The notes under the pieces were generated by a model. The model searched no databases. It saw only the letters and a program-made list of their open reading frames with translations, and was not told where the DNA came from. A DNA stretch of 64,000 nucleotides from Mobula hypostoma (lineage: Eukaryota). The stretch's first letter is position 1, and each line of letters starts with the position of its first letter. Where the stretch lies: assembly GCF_963921235.1 (NCBI RefSeq), contig NC_086106.1:25048001-25112000 (forward strand), written 5' to 3'. Below are positions 13,175-27,400 of the stretch, in pieces. Both the position numbers and the translations under genes were made by a program.

Positions 13175-13999
13175 TGATCTTGGAGTATTGTGTACAGTTT
13201 TGGTCACTGAATTATAGGAAAAATGTCAACAAAATTGAGAGAGTAGAGGGAAGAATTACCAGAATGTTACGTGGCTTTCATCTCCTAAGTTAGAGAGCAA
13301 GGTTGAACAAGCTGGGTATTAACACTTTGGAGCATAGAACGTTAAGGGAGGACTTGATAGAGGTATTTAAAATCATGAGTGGGTAAGATAGAGTTGACGT
13401 GGATAGTTTTTTTTCGAGTGAGTGTGGGGGAGATTCAAACAAGAGGATATGAGTTGAGAGTTAAAGGGCAAAATATTAAGAGTAACATGAGTGGTAAAGT
13501 CTTTACTCAGAGACTGGAAAGAGCTTCCAGCAGAAGTGGTTGGGACAGATTCGATGTTGTCATTTAAAGTTAAATTGGATAACGATATAGATAGGAAATG
13601 ACTGCAGGGTGATGGGGTGAGTGCAGGTCGGTGGGACTAGGTGAAAGTAAGAGTTCGGTACGGACTAAAAGATCCGAGATTGCCTGTTTCCGTGCTGTAA
13701 TTGTTATATGGTTATACAGCTCATAATTAGCTGAGACGTACAAATTCACTAGTACAATTGCTGTATCTACCGCGCGGGCCAGTCATTGGTTTTGACACCC
13801 CAATTGAAAAATGGAGATAACAGATTTGATAAGTTTAAATCAAATGTATTATCAAATTGCGCACGTCTCACATTTGTCCTTGACATTCTGATGTCTAATT
13901 TCCTTATTTGAGTCATCAGTGCATTGCAATGTATAACAATTATGATGCATTGCAATAAAAAGTGTATATATAATAAACAAAAAAATAGCTGTATAGAAA

Positions 14000-14860
14000 G
14001 TTAGCGGGGAGATACTAATGGACTGTATTGGGCTCATGGTCAACACGGAAATCTGACGGCAACGGGGAAACAACTCTTTCTGACAAGTTAAATGTGAGGA
14101 CATATCCTCTCTGATGGTGGCTGGGGTGGAGTCTTCAGTGATTCATGCGGTCCTTTGGAAGTATCGCCTTTTGAAGGTACCCTGGATGCCTGGGAGTGTT
14201 GTGTCAATGATGAAGCTTGCTGTGTTTAAAATGTTCTGCCGTTTGCTCCTGTGCAGCTGCCCCACTATCCCAGACACAGATGCAACCAGTTATAATGCTG
14301 CCCACTGTTTATCTCTGGAAATTACCGTGAGTATTTGATGGAAACCAGTTTTCAAGTTTCATGTGACATTCCGCCGCTGTAATGCCTTCTTTATAATTGT
14401 GCCCAGTATAAATCCACAGTACTGTCAATAGTCACGCATTTGAAATTGCTCATCCTTTCATTTCTTTCCCCGATAACGTTTGGTTTGTCTTCCATCCGCT
14501 TCCATTCCTGAAGTTCAAAATGAATTTTGGTCTTACTAAGAGTACAGTCAAGTAGCTGATCTCTATAGCTGCATATGCCTCTTCGTCACTATCTGAAATT
14601 ATGGAAACAATATTTTTTGGTCGTGAAATTTATCGATGGTGTTAGAGTTGAGCCAAGCCACAGCATCGTGCTTGTAGTAAGGGTCGATGATTGGGTATGG
14701 TTGAAGTGCGGCAATGTTGCTCGTCATCAAGGATGAGATGTATGTTATTTCCAATGCGTACACCTGGTGGTCGCCCATTTAAGAGATCCAGTCCAGTTGC
14801 GCGGGGAGGTATTAACTCCCAGGTTTTGAGCGTATTGATTAAAGCTGAGTTCTGCTGATG
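14000..14860 (-). mobile_element. Old Rex1/Babar LINE remnant
   Basis: Degenerate similarity to the 3' half of the element at 3190-5065. Confidence 0.5.
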
Positions 14861-17149
14861 GCTGAGCAGAAAGGCATCCCAAACCTGATTTTTTTTAATA
14901 CAAAATTAAATGTGAAAAGGAAGTCTTAAGTACCGGATGAAAAGTTGACACAACTGATTGTTATTATTCCCCAGACATTTTGTCTTATTTTCACTTGCGA
15001 CAGAGTTGTGGTGACAATCATGAAACTATCAGGAAATATTTTTTTTCATTTTCCTAATTTAGAGACATTTGAGAATGTTGCAGATAAGGAATGCATCATT
15101 TGGATTTTACATGATTGAAACTTCAGTACAGATATAACTGTGTATCAGCAGAACTCATATCTTGAATGTGTTGATACCTGCATTTTGTACTAGATTTTCA
15201 GTAACTCTAGCCGTGGATATTCACATCTACCGTGAAGAAACATAAACACCTGCTGCAGCTCTTCTATTTCCGCCTTTGCATCATACTTGAATTGGGTAAT
15301 ATTTTTACGCAAAAAAAGCAGAACGCTGTATAACAGCAGAGCTCGAGCTTGTTTAGCGGGCTCTTGTACATCTTCGTGTGCAGGTTGAATCTAGCAGACA
15401 TCTGAGAAGAAGATAGAAAATATAAATTCTCCCATATTCCGTGGTTTACAAGATAACATGACGCACTGGGAAAGCCCATCCCATAGATTGCCCAGTAAGC
15501 AGTGTCTACAAACACTCGGTGGCACTGGACACAACTGCACAAAATAAACTCTGGGCTTTCTTCATGTTTCAAAGACGACTACACAAATAATAAACGCAAT
15601 TATCTTCTCAATAAATTCTTAAGTTATTCAGAGAAAAGCTAAATTCGCAGAAACCAATGGGAGACGAAAAAATATTGTGTGCCAGAACTTTTAGCTCGTG
15701 TCTGATCTCTCTTATGTTCTGGATGATATCGATCAAAGATGATTACTGACTGAGATTATCTCCTTTGTCGCATAGTTACTTCGTAACACTGCCTTTCATA
15801 TTTCTGGCATCGTCTGACTCAATGTGTAAGCGCAGTTTGATGACAGTCTTCTCCAAGACGCCCTCCAGCTTCATCACCTTCGGTCACCGCCAAGCGTTAC
15901 TTTGCAGATAAGGTTGACATACCAAGAATTTGATCCACTTTTTACATACCTTAACCGGTTGCGAGCTGACCTTTCGAATCCTGCACCACGTTTGAGAGCC
16001 TTTCTTTTCCGTATGTCACGGTTTTGATACTAGTGGATGTCTCTTGTGGTTGGTTGCTTCAGACAGAGTTTGTTGTACTTTTAATCAGACAGTCCCTTTC
16101 CATTGTATGATTACAGAATTACAGAGTCGGGGAACGTTACTGTGAAGGTTAATTTCTCCTCGGTAACTTGTTTTTCACTGTGATAACCGACACTAATCTA
16201 AAACACTACTTTGAAACCGGAAGCTAGTCTAGAATTGCACTGCAATATTCGAACACACTCCGGCTACCTTTAATGACGCTTATTAAATTTAAGGTTGCAG
16301 TTTGTTCGAGCTGTTGATTGTGATTTCTTATTTATTTAAATGTTACACTGGGGTCATCAAAACGCTGTGGTACAGTTGCTTTGTAAAACAACCTTCCAAA
16401 TAAAAAAAAAGAACAATGTTTTCAATGTAACTTTCAAGGAGGTCGTGTTCATCCAGATATGTTCCGGAACAGACAACAACGACAAAAAATTTTGCGGATT
16501 CCAACAGAGAATGTAAATCTCAAAGCGACGGATCAGACCAATGGTACGACATAACAGCAAAATATACATAACCATCCTTAGACTGACAATGTATCACAAT
16601 AAATTTTGCACTGAACAAGAAAAGCGCTCTCCAGATTCCACGACCTCGATAGAGGGCGAACTCATCAAAATACATATTGCTGCAAAGCACTGTGAAAACA
16701 AACCCTAACGAATGTCTGCAGGCTTAATTGAATGATTTTTAAATATCGAGTGTTCAGCACAAACGCAATGGCATTCTCTTATATATTTTATTTATCTTTT
16801 TACTTTTTGGTCTTTTTTGACTATGCTCACACCAAAATTTGATTACAGGACTTCTGTGCTGTTTAACATCACAGAACATTCCGCCTCAAACATTACGTTA
16901 CCACAGCGGTCAATACCAAATGATGAAATTTTGAAGGGGGTGACTGAATATTGGCGAAAGACGTGTTCATATTATGATCAGACAAAACTTCCCATCAATA
17001 TCAGAAAGATGCCACCGGAACGTGATCTCACACAGCAACCATAATGTCGCTGGGGATTTCAGTTACCGACTTGTAAACACACTTCTGATATATTTATTAA
17101 ACATAATGACTCTCACATCGATCTTTACTATACCTCTTTCCGCACATTC

Positions 17150-17640
17150 ACTGGTAAAAATTGTCACCCTTTCTCATTGGTTTGCAGTCTCCTCCGTGTT
17201 CCATTCTCAGTCTGATGCTTTCACTAAAAGCGAAAGAACATCTGAGATGTCATCATTCTGTAAAGTACAGGGGTTCACTTTCTCAGAAATTGATACTTCC
17301 CTCGCACTCCTCTACTCCATTTTGCATCGACTCTTCGCCCTGAGAGGGATACATTTTCTATTGTACATACGAAACACAACCAACACATCACTCCACGGAA
17401 TTTCTTCTATCGTCCACAAATATATTTATAAGCACAATTTTCTCTCAACCTTTGCAATTTTTTCTGCTTTCTACAGGGATCACCCTCTCTGTGACTCTAT
17501 TGTCATGCGCATCTGCATACGGGTCTTCATGCAGTCACTTATCTCTACCAATGGAATATCTGATGAAATTGCCCATTCACCTCCTCGCTTACCACAAATC
17601 ATGGTCATGGAACAGTCTTTCCTGATGATTCAGTAGTTTA
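17150..17640 (+). mobile_element. Highly decayed Penelope remnant
   Basis: HSQSDAF..EMSSFCK.QGF matches CSQDEAFHSR.EMSSFFKERGF of 28333-28773. Confidence 0.6.
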
Positions 17641-17908
17641 TCTCCCTGTTTTTCGAGGGAACCATTTTTTTTTCTGACGCTCCAGGCGCGGCCAAGTCTG
17701 ATGCAATGAAATCCAGCTGGGTTGGTAAGCTTCGTCGTGCATCTTCGCTCTGTCCCCTAAAACAAGTTCAAAGTTCAAAGAAAATTTACGAGTAACGTAT
17801 AAACATGTCACCATAATATACTGTCAGATTATTTTCTTGCGCGCATACTGTGGAAATTCATCTACTGAAATAAAGTCACTGAAATATGGCACCCAATAGT
17901 GAAGATAA

Positions 17909-18109
17909 NNNNNNNNNNNNNNNNNNNNNNNNNNNNNNNNNNNNNNNNNNNNNNNNNNNNNNNNNNNNNNNNNNNNNNNNNNNNNNNNNNNNNNNNNNNN
18001 NNNNNNNNNNNNNNNNNNNNNNNNNNNNNNNNNNNNNNNNNNNNNNNNNNNNNNNNNNNNNNNNNNNNNNNNNNNNNNNNNNNNNNNNNNNNNNNNNNNN
18101 NNNNNNNNN
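17909..18109. other. Assembly gap (~200 N)
   Basis: Run of N; a (GAA)-rich low-complexity stretch follows. Confidence 1.
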
Positions 18110-18249
18110 CAGAAGGAGAACAGGAAGAAGAAGTAGTAGAAGAAGAGGAAGCTGATGATGAAGGAGAAAGCGGAGAATTACGTATCGAGAACATGAAATC
18201 AATAAATCCTTGAAAGTGAGTCGATAGCTTGGAGGAACAGCTAAGTGAT

Positions 18250-19000
18250 GTCCAAGTTATACCTCTCTGACTTAGCAGCCTGATGATTGAGAGACAAGAT
18301 GGATGCTGCTGTCCTGCGACAACGATATGTCTATCTATGCTCAATGATGTCGAATGCTTTACTGAAGATGGACTTAGGTCTTTGAAGTACCGTTTGTAAG
18401 ATGTTCGGTTTAAAAACTTTTGTGGTTTCCATATAATTCTCTGATGAAGCCTGTCAACATTACCTTAAGCAGAAGGTTGTTCATGTCAGATCCTATCTGC
18501 TCAAACTGAAGGAAGTAGAGGCGCTGCTTCCGAGGGGCAAGAAATTTAAAGTTGCTGATACTCTCTCCGTCTGACTCCCCTGATACGTTCTGGTACACGT
18601 ACCTCTGTTTTTCTCCACCTGAAATCAATATTCAGCTCCTTGATCTTATTCGCAATGAATAACGTAGTATTGTCGTGACGCTATTCAGATTTCAATCTCC
18701 CTCCGTTCTACGTATTCGTTAAACTCTTGATTCGACTAAAGATATCGTCAGCAAATGTAAATATAGCAGTTGAAATAACATTAGTCATATAGTCAGAAGT
18801 GTGAAGTGAGTACAGTAGGGGGGCAAAGCACACAGACATGTAGTGCAACTGTGCTGATGGAGATTATGGGTGAGGTATTGTTGCTAATCCGAACTGACTG
18901 GGTCTGCATGTGTGGAAATCGAGAAACCAATTACACAAAGAAGAACTGAGGCCTTGAAACGTTTTGATTAGTTCTGAGGAGATAATAATATTGAATCCCG
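18250..19000 (-). mobile_element. Rex1/Babar RT remnant
   Basis: The minus strand gives degenerate CNW.LDF..RP.SVRI, G...CVL.PLLYSL and FADD motifs. Confidence 0.6.
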
Positions 19001-21326
19001 GCATATGCTTAAAAGGAATTATATTAATCACTTTTGACTTAACTAATTGGTTAGCAAAGAAAAATCAACAAGAAAGGGCACACTTTAGTTAAGCTGTCAA
19101 ATGTTCACAGGTCGGAACTCAGCGTTTCTCCATATTCAGCAATCCTCAATCGATCATCGCTCCTGACATCACCGAATCACGGTCCCGCACCGGGTGGAAT
19201 CATACGACCTGTTCTCTCCAGAGTCTTCTCTCTTCATCTCCCGGCGAAACAAAACCCCAGGCCCTATGTTAGTGTCCCTCTCTAGATAAACTTCCTCTCA
19301 GTTCTATCATCCTAACTGGATGCAACAGATTCCTTTTCCTACTTTGTCATCACCAAGAACTCAAACATGCTGAAAGCAGAAGAGATTGCTCTTACCACGG
19401 CAATATGCTATCACCCCCTCCAAAAAAAGAAGTCATGTCTTCATAACTTCGAAATAATTTGTCATGGCAGCATTAATAACACAGTTTCCAAAGGAATTTT
19501 GAAAATGGTCAAAATCTCCAACCCATTTTTAATGTACTGACTTATCTCTCTTGTAGAATTGTTGTAACACTCTGCCCGGGGCTACAAAGGGCAGACTATA
19601 TGGGGGTCTTCTGACAGTTTTAGAGGTCCTTATTCCATCATCTACTCTTCAGTTTCTGAAATTCTTGGGGGCACTACTTGTCCACATGGCGAGGCTTCCA
19701 CCGATCAATTACTTGCGCCTTCTGGCAACTCCGACCGCTCAGCCACTTCGTTGAGCTCAGCTTCAGTTCCAGTTACGTCAGAGCCCAGCTCGACTGCATG
19801 GTGCAGCTGCAGACCTGACTGAACGCTTTTGATGCACACGATTTCGACTGCCTCGGCGTGTGAAGTGTTGGAACTCTCTTCCTCATTTATTGGCGAGTTA
19901 TAAGAAGGTAGCATGTACTACACCGTCATTTCCTCATCCTGCGAGTCCACATCGCATTTTGAAGGGTGTGGAGAGGGCGGTTGTTATCCTTTTGCTGCTG
20001 GGTCTTCAGTCTCCCGACGTCGCCACAGAGCCCATTTACTAGCTGAAAGGTCCAAGTCAGGCTTTGGGTCAACACGGATCTCTTGTCTTACCTCTTCACA
20101 TTTCACATCACATCTCACTCGAAAAGGCTGCGAAGTGCTAAAATAATATTGCCACTTTTCTTTTTGTCATATTAACTTTTATCGCCGAGGGAGGGTGACC
20201 GCACAGAAGCTGATTTGTAGGGTGAGTCACTGTAGTATAGTTCTTCAGCAACATCCGATAGTACCGCAGAGTCCAAGAAACGAAGCCTGGGCGCTCACAG
20301 TCTTGGTCCTTGGCTAGATTGTTGCAACCTCTATCTTAGATGGATCCATATCTACACCATGCGAGGAACTAAGTGCCCACTGAATTGACAGACTTAACAC
20401 GTAAACGTTGAGAACTGCCAATTCAAGTGAACAATCCATTAGTATGAAATTATTAATATCAAGGTTCTGCAGCTAGGTGGGAAATGATGAGTTTTCACTG
20501 GATAGATGGCATAGCTTGATCTGCTCATATTACAGTTACAGGAATCACAGAATACGTTCCCCAGCAAATAGTCCTTGTTTATCATGTAAGTTTCCCAGTT
20601 ATACTCACAGAGTAGTCAAACAAAGCTATCGAAATAATTTTGGTTTACTGTTGGCAGATGGGGGTGTTAGTGTGAAGAAGATGCAAACTGCAGACCTGAG
20701 CTGGTCAGTTACTCAGAGCTAGTTGAGAAGGCCTGAAGTGATCGTATTCACTTTCAACGACTGTCAGATTTGTAAATACTTACCAGGACTGAAAATGAGC
20801 TTCAGTTTTCTGCTTATTTCATGACCTTATTTGGAATGTAGCAGCTCCATAAATTGGGGCAACTATTCACTCAAACGAGTGCTTCTCAGTACACAGACAA
20901 TGAGGCTGAAATGTCAACTGTTATGTCAAGGAACCTGAGAACAGAATACAACTGGAAATCACGGAAACTGCTTCATTCTTAAATATTATCGAGTTTCCTG
21001 TCCTGTTCCGCTCAATCTATCTAACTTCATAAGTACTGATTTATATTTATCAATTTACACAACCTGAGTACACAATATAAACGCCAGGACCTGATTACTA
21101 TGTAATGAATTAAAGGTCCATACTGTGCACAAGGGTTGCTGCAGACACTGAGCGTTTCAAGCAAATGTTTGCTGGAGTTGAAATAAAACTTAAATTATTT
21201 TCAATGAACTGGTTGCTTGTTAATTCCACGTTAAAAAAAATCGATAATGATCAACCGCAACTGAAGAAACTGCACCACAAAGCCACCAGTAACTGAAATG
21301 TATTTTATTTCTTTCTTCGGGATAAC

Positions 21327-21694
21327 GTTGCGACAGGTTTTCTATTTCAAATTTCCTTTTAGATTGTTATTTTTTATTTTTGAACGACTTGAACGTTGAG
21401 CATCGATTTCATAATATGAACAGAGAGATGCAATGAGCACATTGCCTTCTGAAGCATCCACATTAAAAATTTCAGTAAAGGACCTCAAAATACCAGATAC
21501 ACGATATTATTCAGTGGGAGTGTGCTGCCTCAGAGGGTACAAGTCTTGAAATGTACAGCTCGCCTGACTGGAAGTGAGAGTAACTGCCGATTTAAGAAAC
21601 GCCTTGGTATGTTCCTGTATCGTCTCACCCTCCAGGGGTCGTTTACTTATTTTTGCAGTGACATTATTAGACGCAGTATCTGCTGAATTGTTTT
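21327..21694 (+). repeat. Old paralog of the non-coding block at ~2213-2575 and ~61310-61678
   Basis: Shared anchors TTGCGACAGG, ATAATATGAACAGAG.GATGCAATGAG, GCTCGCCTGACTGGAAGTG.GAGT, AGTATCTGCTGAATTGTTTT. Visibly more diverged than copies 0, A and B are from each other. Confidence 0.8.
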
Positions 21695-21695
21695 G

Positions 21696-22515
21696 ATAGG
21701 ATGCAGAAGTGGGCTGAGAAGTGGCAGATGGAGATCAACCCGGAGAAGTGTGAGGTGGTACACTTTGGAAGGACAAACTCCAGGGAAGAATACAAAGTAA
21801 AAGGCAGAATACTTGGTAGAGTGGAGGAGCAGAGGGGTGTAGGGGTACAAGTTCATAGATCCCTGAAAGTTGCCTCACAGGTAGATAGGACAGATGAGTA
21901 AGCTTATGGGGTGTTAGTTTTCATAAGTCAAGGGATAGAGTTTAAAAGTCGCATTAGAGTCGCATTAATGCAGATCTATAAATATCTGGTTAGGCCACAC
22001 TTGGAGCACTGTGTCCAGTTCTGTTCACTTCACTGTAGGAAGGATGTGGAAGTATTGGAAAGAGTACAGAAGAGATTACCAGGATGCTGCCTGGTTTAGA
22101 GAGTGTGCATTAAGTTCAGAAAATAATGAAGCCCGGCATTATTCTTTGTTGAAAAGAAGGATGAGAGGAGACAGGATAGAGGCATACAGATATTAAGAGA
22201 ATTGAATAGAGTGGACAGCCAGAGCCTCTTTCCCGGGGCACCACTGTAGAGAAGAAGAAGATATGCCTTTAAAGTAAGGGGTGGGAAGTTCAAGGGGTAT
22301 AGTAGAGGAAAGTTGTTTTACTCAGAGAGTGATTGGTGCGTGGAATGCACTTCCTGAGTCAGTTGTGGAGGGCAGATACGCCAGTGAAATTTAACAGGCT
22401 GCCGTTCTGGTATATGGAGGAATCTAAGTTGGGAGGTAGGGTTTAAGGGTCGGCACAACATTGTGAGCCGACGGGCCTGTCGTGTGCTGTACCATTCTAT
22501 GGTCTATTTTCTATG
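21696..22515 (+). mobile_element. 5'-truncated CR1 3' fragment
   Basis: WAEKWQMEINPEKCEVVHFG and LVRPHLEHCVQF motifs, plus a CTATGTTTC-type tail. Confidence 0.85.
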
Positions 22516-22599
22516 TTTCTTATGTACTCTATACTGAGGCTGAAAAATCGGTGCTTCGTTGTCGACTGAAGAAGTCGGAATTATCTGGCAGCCATGCAG

Positions 22600-23640
22600 G
22601 AAAAACTCTCTGCAACAATATCGAAAAGCCAATCGTCAGAGCCGGCTAACTTCAGTCATCCCTCGCTTCCAAATGGTGTGGCTCTTCAACAAAGACTGTC
22701 AGCGACGTGTCGATAACAGACTCTGACACCTTTTTTTCCGGGCAGGCAGCTGCGATAAATTCCTGAACTTAACCCAGTATATTGACGATGACTTTGAAAT
22801 GCGACAAGTTACAGGAGCAGGATCCGTTGACTTAACAGCAGCATGCGACATTGTGAATTACAGAGGCCTTCTACAGACTTTATCTAAAATGTTAAAGAAC
22901 GAACCCACAGTTAAAATAATAAGTAGGCTCCTAGAAATTCGTAGATTTTATGTAGAAATGAATGGAATTGAGAGTATGTGGCGTCTACGAAAGCACGGAC
23001 TACCACAGGGCTCAGTCCTGGCACCTCTACTATTTACTGTCTGCACAAATGATCAGCAAACCTTTCCTAACACTGGCAGGTTTATCTATGCAGACGACGT
23101 TTGCATAGCAACACAACCAAACTCCTTCCAAGAAGTTGAAGTACGACTTACAGCAGCCCTCGAAGCAATGAAGCAGTATTATGAAAAAAAAAGTCTCTGA
23201 ACCCAAATCCATCAGAAACTCAAGTGTCTGCATTCCACCTGAGGAATCGAGAAGCAGCTCGGAAACACAAGATCTTCTGGTGTCGGAAGGAGTTTGATCA
23301 CCATCCGACTCAAATGTACCTGGGCGTGACACTGAGCAGGACGCTGGCATTTTCCACCGATATCCTAAACCACCGAGGGAAAGTTGCCGCTCGCAATTCA
23401 CTTTTGAAAAATTAGCAGCACGAAATGGGGAGCTAATGCTCACACACTTTGATCAACTGCCCCAGCGCTCTGCTATGCACCTGCAGAATACTGCGCACCT
23501 GCGTGGGGCAGATCAGCCGATACGAAGAAAATAGACCCGTTGATTAACGAAGACGGCCGAATAATCACGGGCGTACTGTACCCACACCCACTAACAATAT
23601 TTACAGACTTGCAGGCATTGCTCTCTCAGAGATCGGAAGA
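22600..23640 (+). mobile_element. Non-LTR retrotransposon RT fragment (RTEX/I-like)
   Basis: VDLTAA.D, GLPQGSVLAPLLF, IYADD, AFHLRNREA and YLGVTL motifs. Clade assignment is from memory of motifs and is tentative. Confidence 0.65.
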
Positions 23641-23739
23641 CACCCTACAACAAAAACTTGAAGAGGTAAACAGAACTCGGATCCACTGCACCCAACTACA
23701 GCTTCAGGAACTTGTTCGTACGCTTTCAGTATATACTGC

Positions 23740-24400
23740 TTCACAATATCATAATCAAGTGCTTACTCAAAAAACTAAGGTGCTCTACAAGAAGGGTCAG
23801 AGCCATCTCTATTTTCTGAGGAGACTGAGGTCCTTTAACATTTGTCGGACGATGCTGAGGATGTTCTGCAAGTCTGTGTTGACCAGTGCTATCATATTTG
23901 CTGTTGTGTGCTGGGGCAGCAGGCCTGAGGGTAGCAGACTCCAACAGAATCAACAAACCCATTCGTAAGGCCAGTGATGTTGTGGGGATGGAACTGGACT
24001 CTCTGACAGTGGTGTCGGAAAAGAGGATGCTGTCCAAGTTGAATGCCATCTTGGACGATGACTTCCATCCACTACATAATGAACTGGTTGGCACAGGACT
24101 ACATTCAACCAGAGTCTCATTCCAATGAGATGCAACCCTGAGCCTCATAGGAAGTCATTCCTACCTGTGGCCGTCAAGCTTTACAACACCTCCCTTCGAG
24201 GGTCAGACACTCTGAGCCAATAGGTTGGTCATGGACTACTTTCCATCTGGTATAATGTACATGTTGATATTTAATTAATTCTGCTTTTGTATTACTATGT
24301 TTATACTCTATTCTTCCTTGGTACAACTGTAACGAAACCCAATTTCCCTCGGGATCAATAAAGTATGTCTATCCATCTATCTATCTATCTATCTGTCTGC
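23740..24400 (+). mobile_element. Rex1/Babar LINE 3' end
   Basis: HLYFLRRLRSFN..FAVVCWGS..HPLH motifs and a (TATC)n tail at ~24365-24395. Confidence 0.75.
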
Positions 24401-27400
24401 TTATCTAAAAGGTGAGATATTGTGAAAGGAACTAAACACTGTCTATAGGTTGCGCCGAAATGTTGGCTTCCCGGCGCTGCTGCCCCTGTAAGAAACCTTT
24501 TACAGGTGTGTTCTTTGCAGACGGTTGCAGGCAGTTCCAGGATATCAACCCATAGCGTATACATATATGAACAGTTTGTCTCGAGTTGAAACTCATTTAC
24601 ACGTGTCGGTGTGGACGGTCTTGGACATTTTAAGGTGAAGGGAAGAACCATGCAGTGAAGAAGTATGTGGTTATATAAACCCGTTCATGTATACGAGTTC
24701 TTTACATTTAGGCGATATCTTCTTTGGATACAAATTATTTTGTTAGCTTTATAGCAAGAGAAATACAAGTTAGGGAACCACTCTCGGATAATACGGCTGA
24801 CGTTAGTGAAGCTGACAAGTGAGGTAGGCCGGATCATTGAAAACTGGAGCCATTCCGAGCTCATTGATGTCCTCCTACAGAAGGGAATTAAGTGGATTCG
24901 AGCCGCACCCGAAGGTGGCTCATATCATGGTGGAAACTTCAGATATTAATTAGGTCTGAGTGAACGTATATTAGTTCCAACATGAAGGTATCCAATCTGG
25001 ACGAAGTGGTTTTTCCACCAGTCCTTTGCAAAGAAGTGGCTATTATCAATGTGGTACAATCACGAATGCATGCCCTGACCACACTGCTTTGGAAGAATAA
25101 ACATTAAACCATCTATTGGTTCTGAAGAGCACACAATGTCCCTCAGGGGAGTTCCTAAAAGCGGGCATATTTACTCGTCGTAAATGGAAGCAACTGGAAT
25201 ATATGACGAAAATGTCTCGGAAATAGTCGGCCAATGAGTACTTACCATTGTTACCGGAACGTCATAAAATCTCAAGTATAGCGCTCATTTTCATCGCAGG
25301 GGATATTATGATTATAGTTTAAACGCAGCGCCTCAGAACACATTGAAAATTCAAGTTGTTTTCAAGGAAGAAGATGATTTCCGCGGTAGGTGTGCATCAA
25401 ATCTCTCTGTCGGGCACGTTTATTAACAAGATTAGTCTTTCACTGGAGCCACTGGTTTGAGTAACTACAGTCCTAGAGCTGCTGGTTGATTGTCCTGAGG
25501 ATTTTGACTGAGTTACTGCCTTGACAACTCCATTATGTGATGGTATCCTCTGGCTTACGATATTTGCATATATGTTAAGATGTTTATGGATGAAAATATA
25601 ATCTCTGCTATTTCAGTTGACTGTAGTAATTATGATGTTACAATAACTGATGGCGGAGATGTAGTAGCCCTGTATCTGTTTTCTGTCTGTCTGTATTGTA
25701 TATTACGTTGTTAGATTTATTGTTACGATGATTTATCATCTGACGTTGGGATTGTTGAAGGAAAATTATATAGTCACATATTCAGCCTTTGTGCCGTAGA
25801 TTTAGCATAGCTTTGATTTATTTTGAGCTTATTGCACTATTGCGCTTATTTTGCTAACTGTGCTTTTTTACGCAGAACGCCTCAATATCGATAATTTTGA
25901 TCACCTGTCTTTACTTGTTTCGTAATAAATTATCGAGCATCCTTTGTCGACCTGATAATCACTTATTTTGAGGCACATAATACACTGTTAATTCGCTTCT
26001 TCATCATCTCTGAGGATTTCTTTTATATATTTTTTTCAACTTGCTGCTACGAGTGGCGACGAGGTACTTTCATACCAGCCCGAGACAATTCATCATTATC
26101 ATCATCAGCTGCCATGCCCAGTTTGAACTTTGACTGCAATGGTCCATACACTCCTCTTTCGGGTCAAGGGAATCAATTCATTGCTATTCATTTCTAGTTC
26201 TTTGGCTGCCATCATCATTTGTCTGTGCCTTCCTTTTGCTTTCCTCCCTTCAATCGTTCCCATAATTATCGGGCATTAAAACTCCTCTTTCCTAATCACA
26301 TATCCAATGAAGTTACAATGACCTACTCAGTGCACAACCCTTTTTTTTTTCTTCAGAATGGTCATCCAGACGTTCCGGTTAAAAAAAAAGAAAAAGGAAC
26401 ACTGGCTTCCGGGACATTGGTTATTCCCCTGTTCGTAAACAGACAGCGCGGCTTATAATAACAGAAGATAATCATAAACTGGACAATATATAAAGAAGGA
26501 TTTAGCATGTGTTTTTTTTTATTTGAATGCGGAATCAAATCTGACGTACCTGAATGGAGGAAATTAACAGAACACTGACAATTTGTTGATGCTCTTTGTG
26601 AACACTGATTGGTCGTTCAGTTTAGAACGTGGAAATTTACGACAGAAGATATAGAAACACTTGCTGGTTACACAGCTCATATTTAAAAGAACAATTAACA
26701 TAAATGTATCAATGAAAATCGCAGCAGAGACGCAATTCAGTTGCGGTCAGGAATGAAATTCAGCGTGAAAAACTTACAACGTCTGAGCAGATACGTTCCT
26801 GCAAAAGAAACTGTCTTTCTTTTCTTTTAGGGGCTCCGACACATCAGAACAATGCAATTTTAAAGGTGAAAGTTGCAGAGATATACAACAAGGTAAGACA
26901 TTCCGGGCAAACAGGAATAAACGGACTGCACAAGTAAGAGCAAGAGAAAAAAAAAGTCAAGGGTCAGTTTCCAAAGAGCACCAATCAGCCTGACTTTGAC
27001 GATAAATTCTGATAAAGAAAAGTGTCAACGGACGTGTAGCCTTGAGATTTACAATCTGTAAATTAACAAGAGACAATCAGTAAGGGATAAACAGAATAGA
27101 ACGGCAAAATAATAGACACTCTCTCGGCTGCGACAGTCAGTCTTTCCAATGAGCGTGAAAAAGAAGCTGGCAGATAATCAACCTATTGTGGAAAACAGAT
27201 AACTACTGTATGAATGAAATTAGTAATGGAAAATGCAGCAGTCAATAAGACCAGCAATGTGGGTCGCTTTTGGCTGAGAAGACTACAACTTGATTGGAGA
27301 TGCATCCAGCGTTTGCTTGCAAATCCCTGCAAAATCAACTGAAGGTGAAGTAATAAAGGTATTGGATAATGCCACAGCAGTGTTGAGTATATTTCAGAAT

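Larger units (their letters stand above)
8400..13716 (+). mobile_element. Near full-length degenerate CR1 LINE (ORF1 esterase, APE endonuclease, RT) with two nested solo LTRs
   Basis: ORF1 SGNH-like motifs (VVISGFLPV, DHWDLFW, LHLNPGGTNILAGRF); APE motif YDVVAVSETW; RT motifs NYRPVSL, QHGF, YMDFSTNFDKVPH; 3' tail GTTATATGGTTATA. Stops, frameshifts and a (TA)n at ~13121-13152. Confidence 0.9.

Noticed and set aside
16065-16168. J-like stretch with nonamer-like GTTTGTTGT, CATTGTA and KVNFSS|GTAACT
   Set aside because: The heptamer lacks the essential GTG, the spacer is 24, the donor is phase 0 and there is no GxG motif.
20228-20805. Minus-strand KLIFSP|GTAAGT and DSAV-like motif suggesting a V or J relic
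   Set aside because: No GxGT, no recognisable Cys or Trp framework, frameshifts and no valid RSS; compatible with chance.
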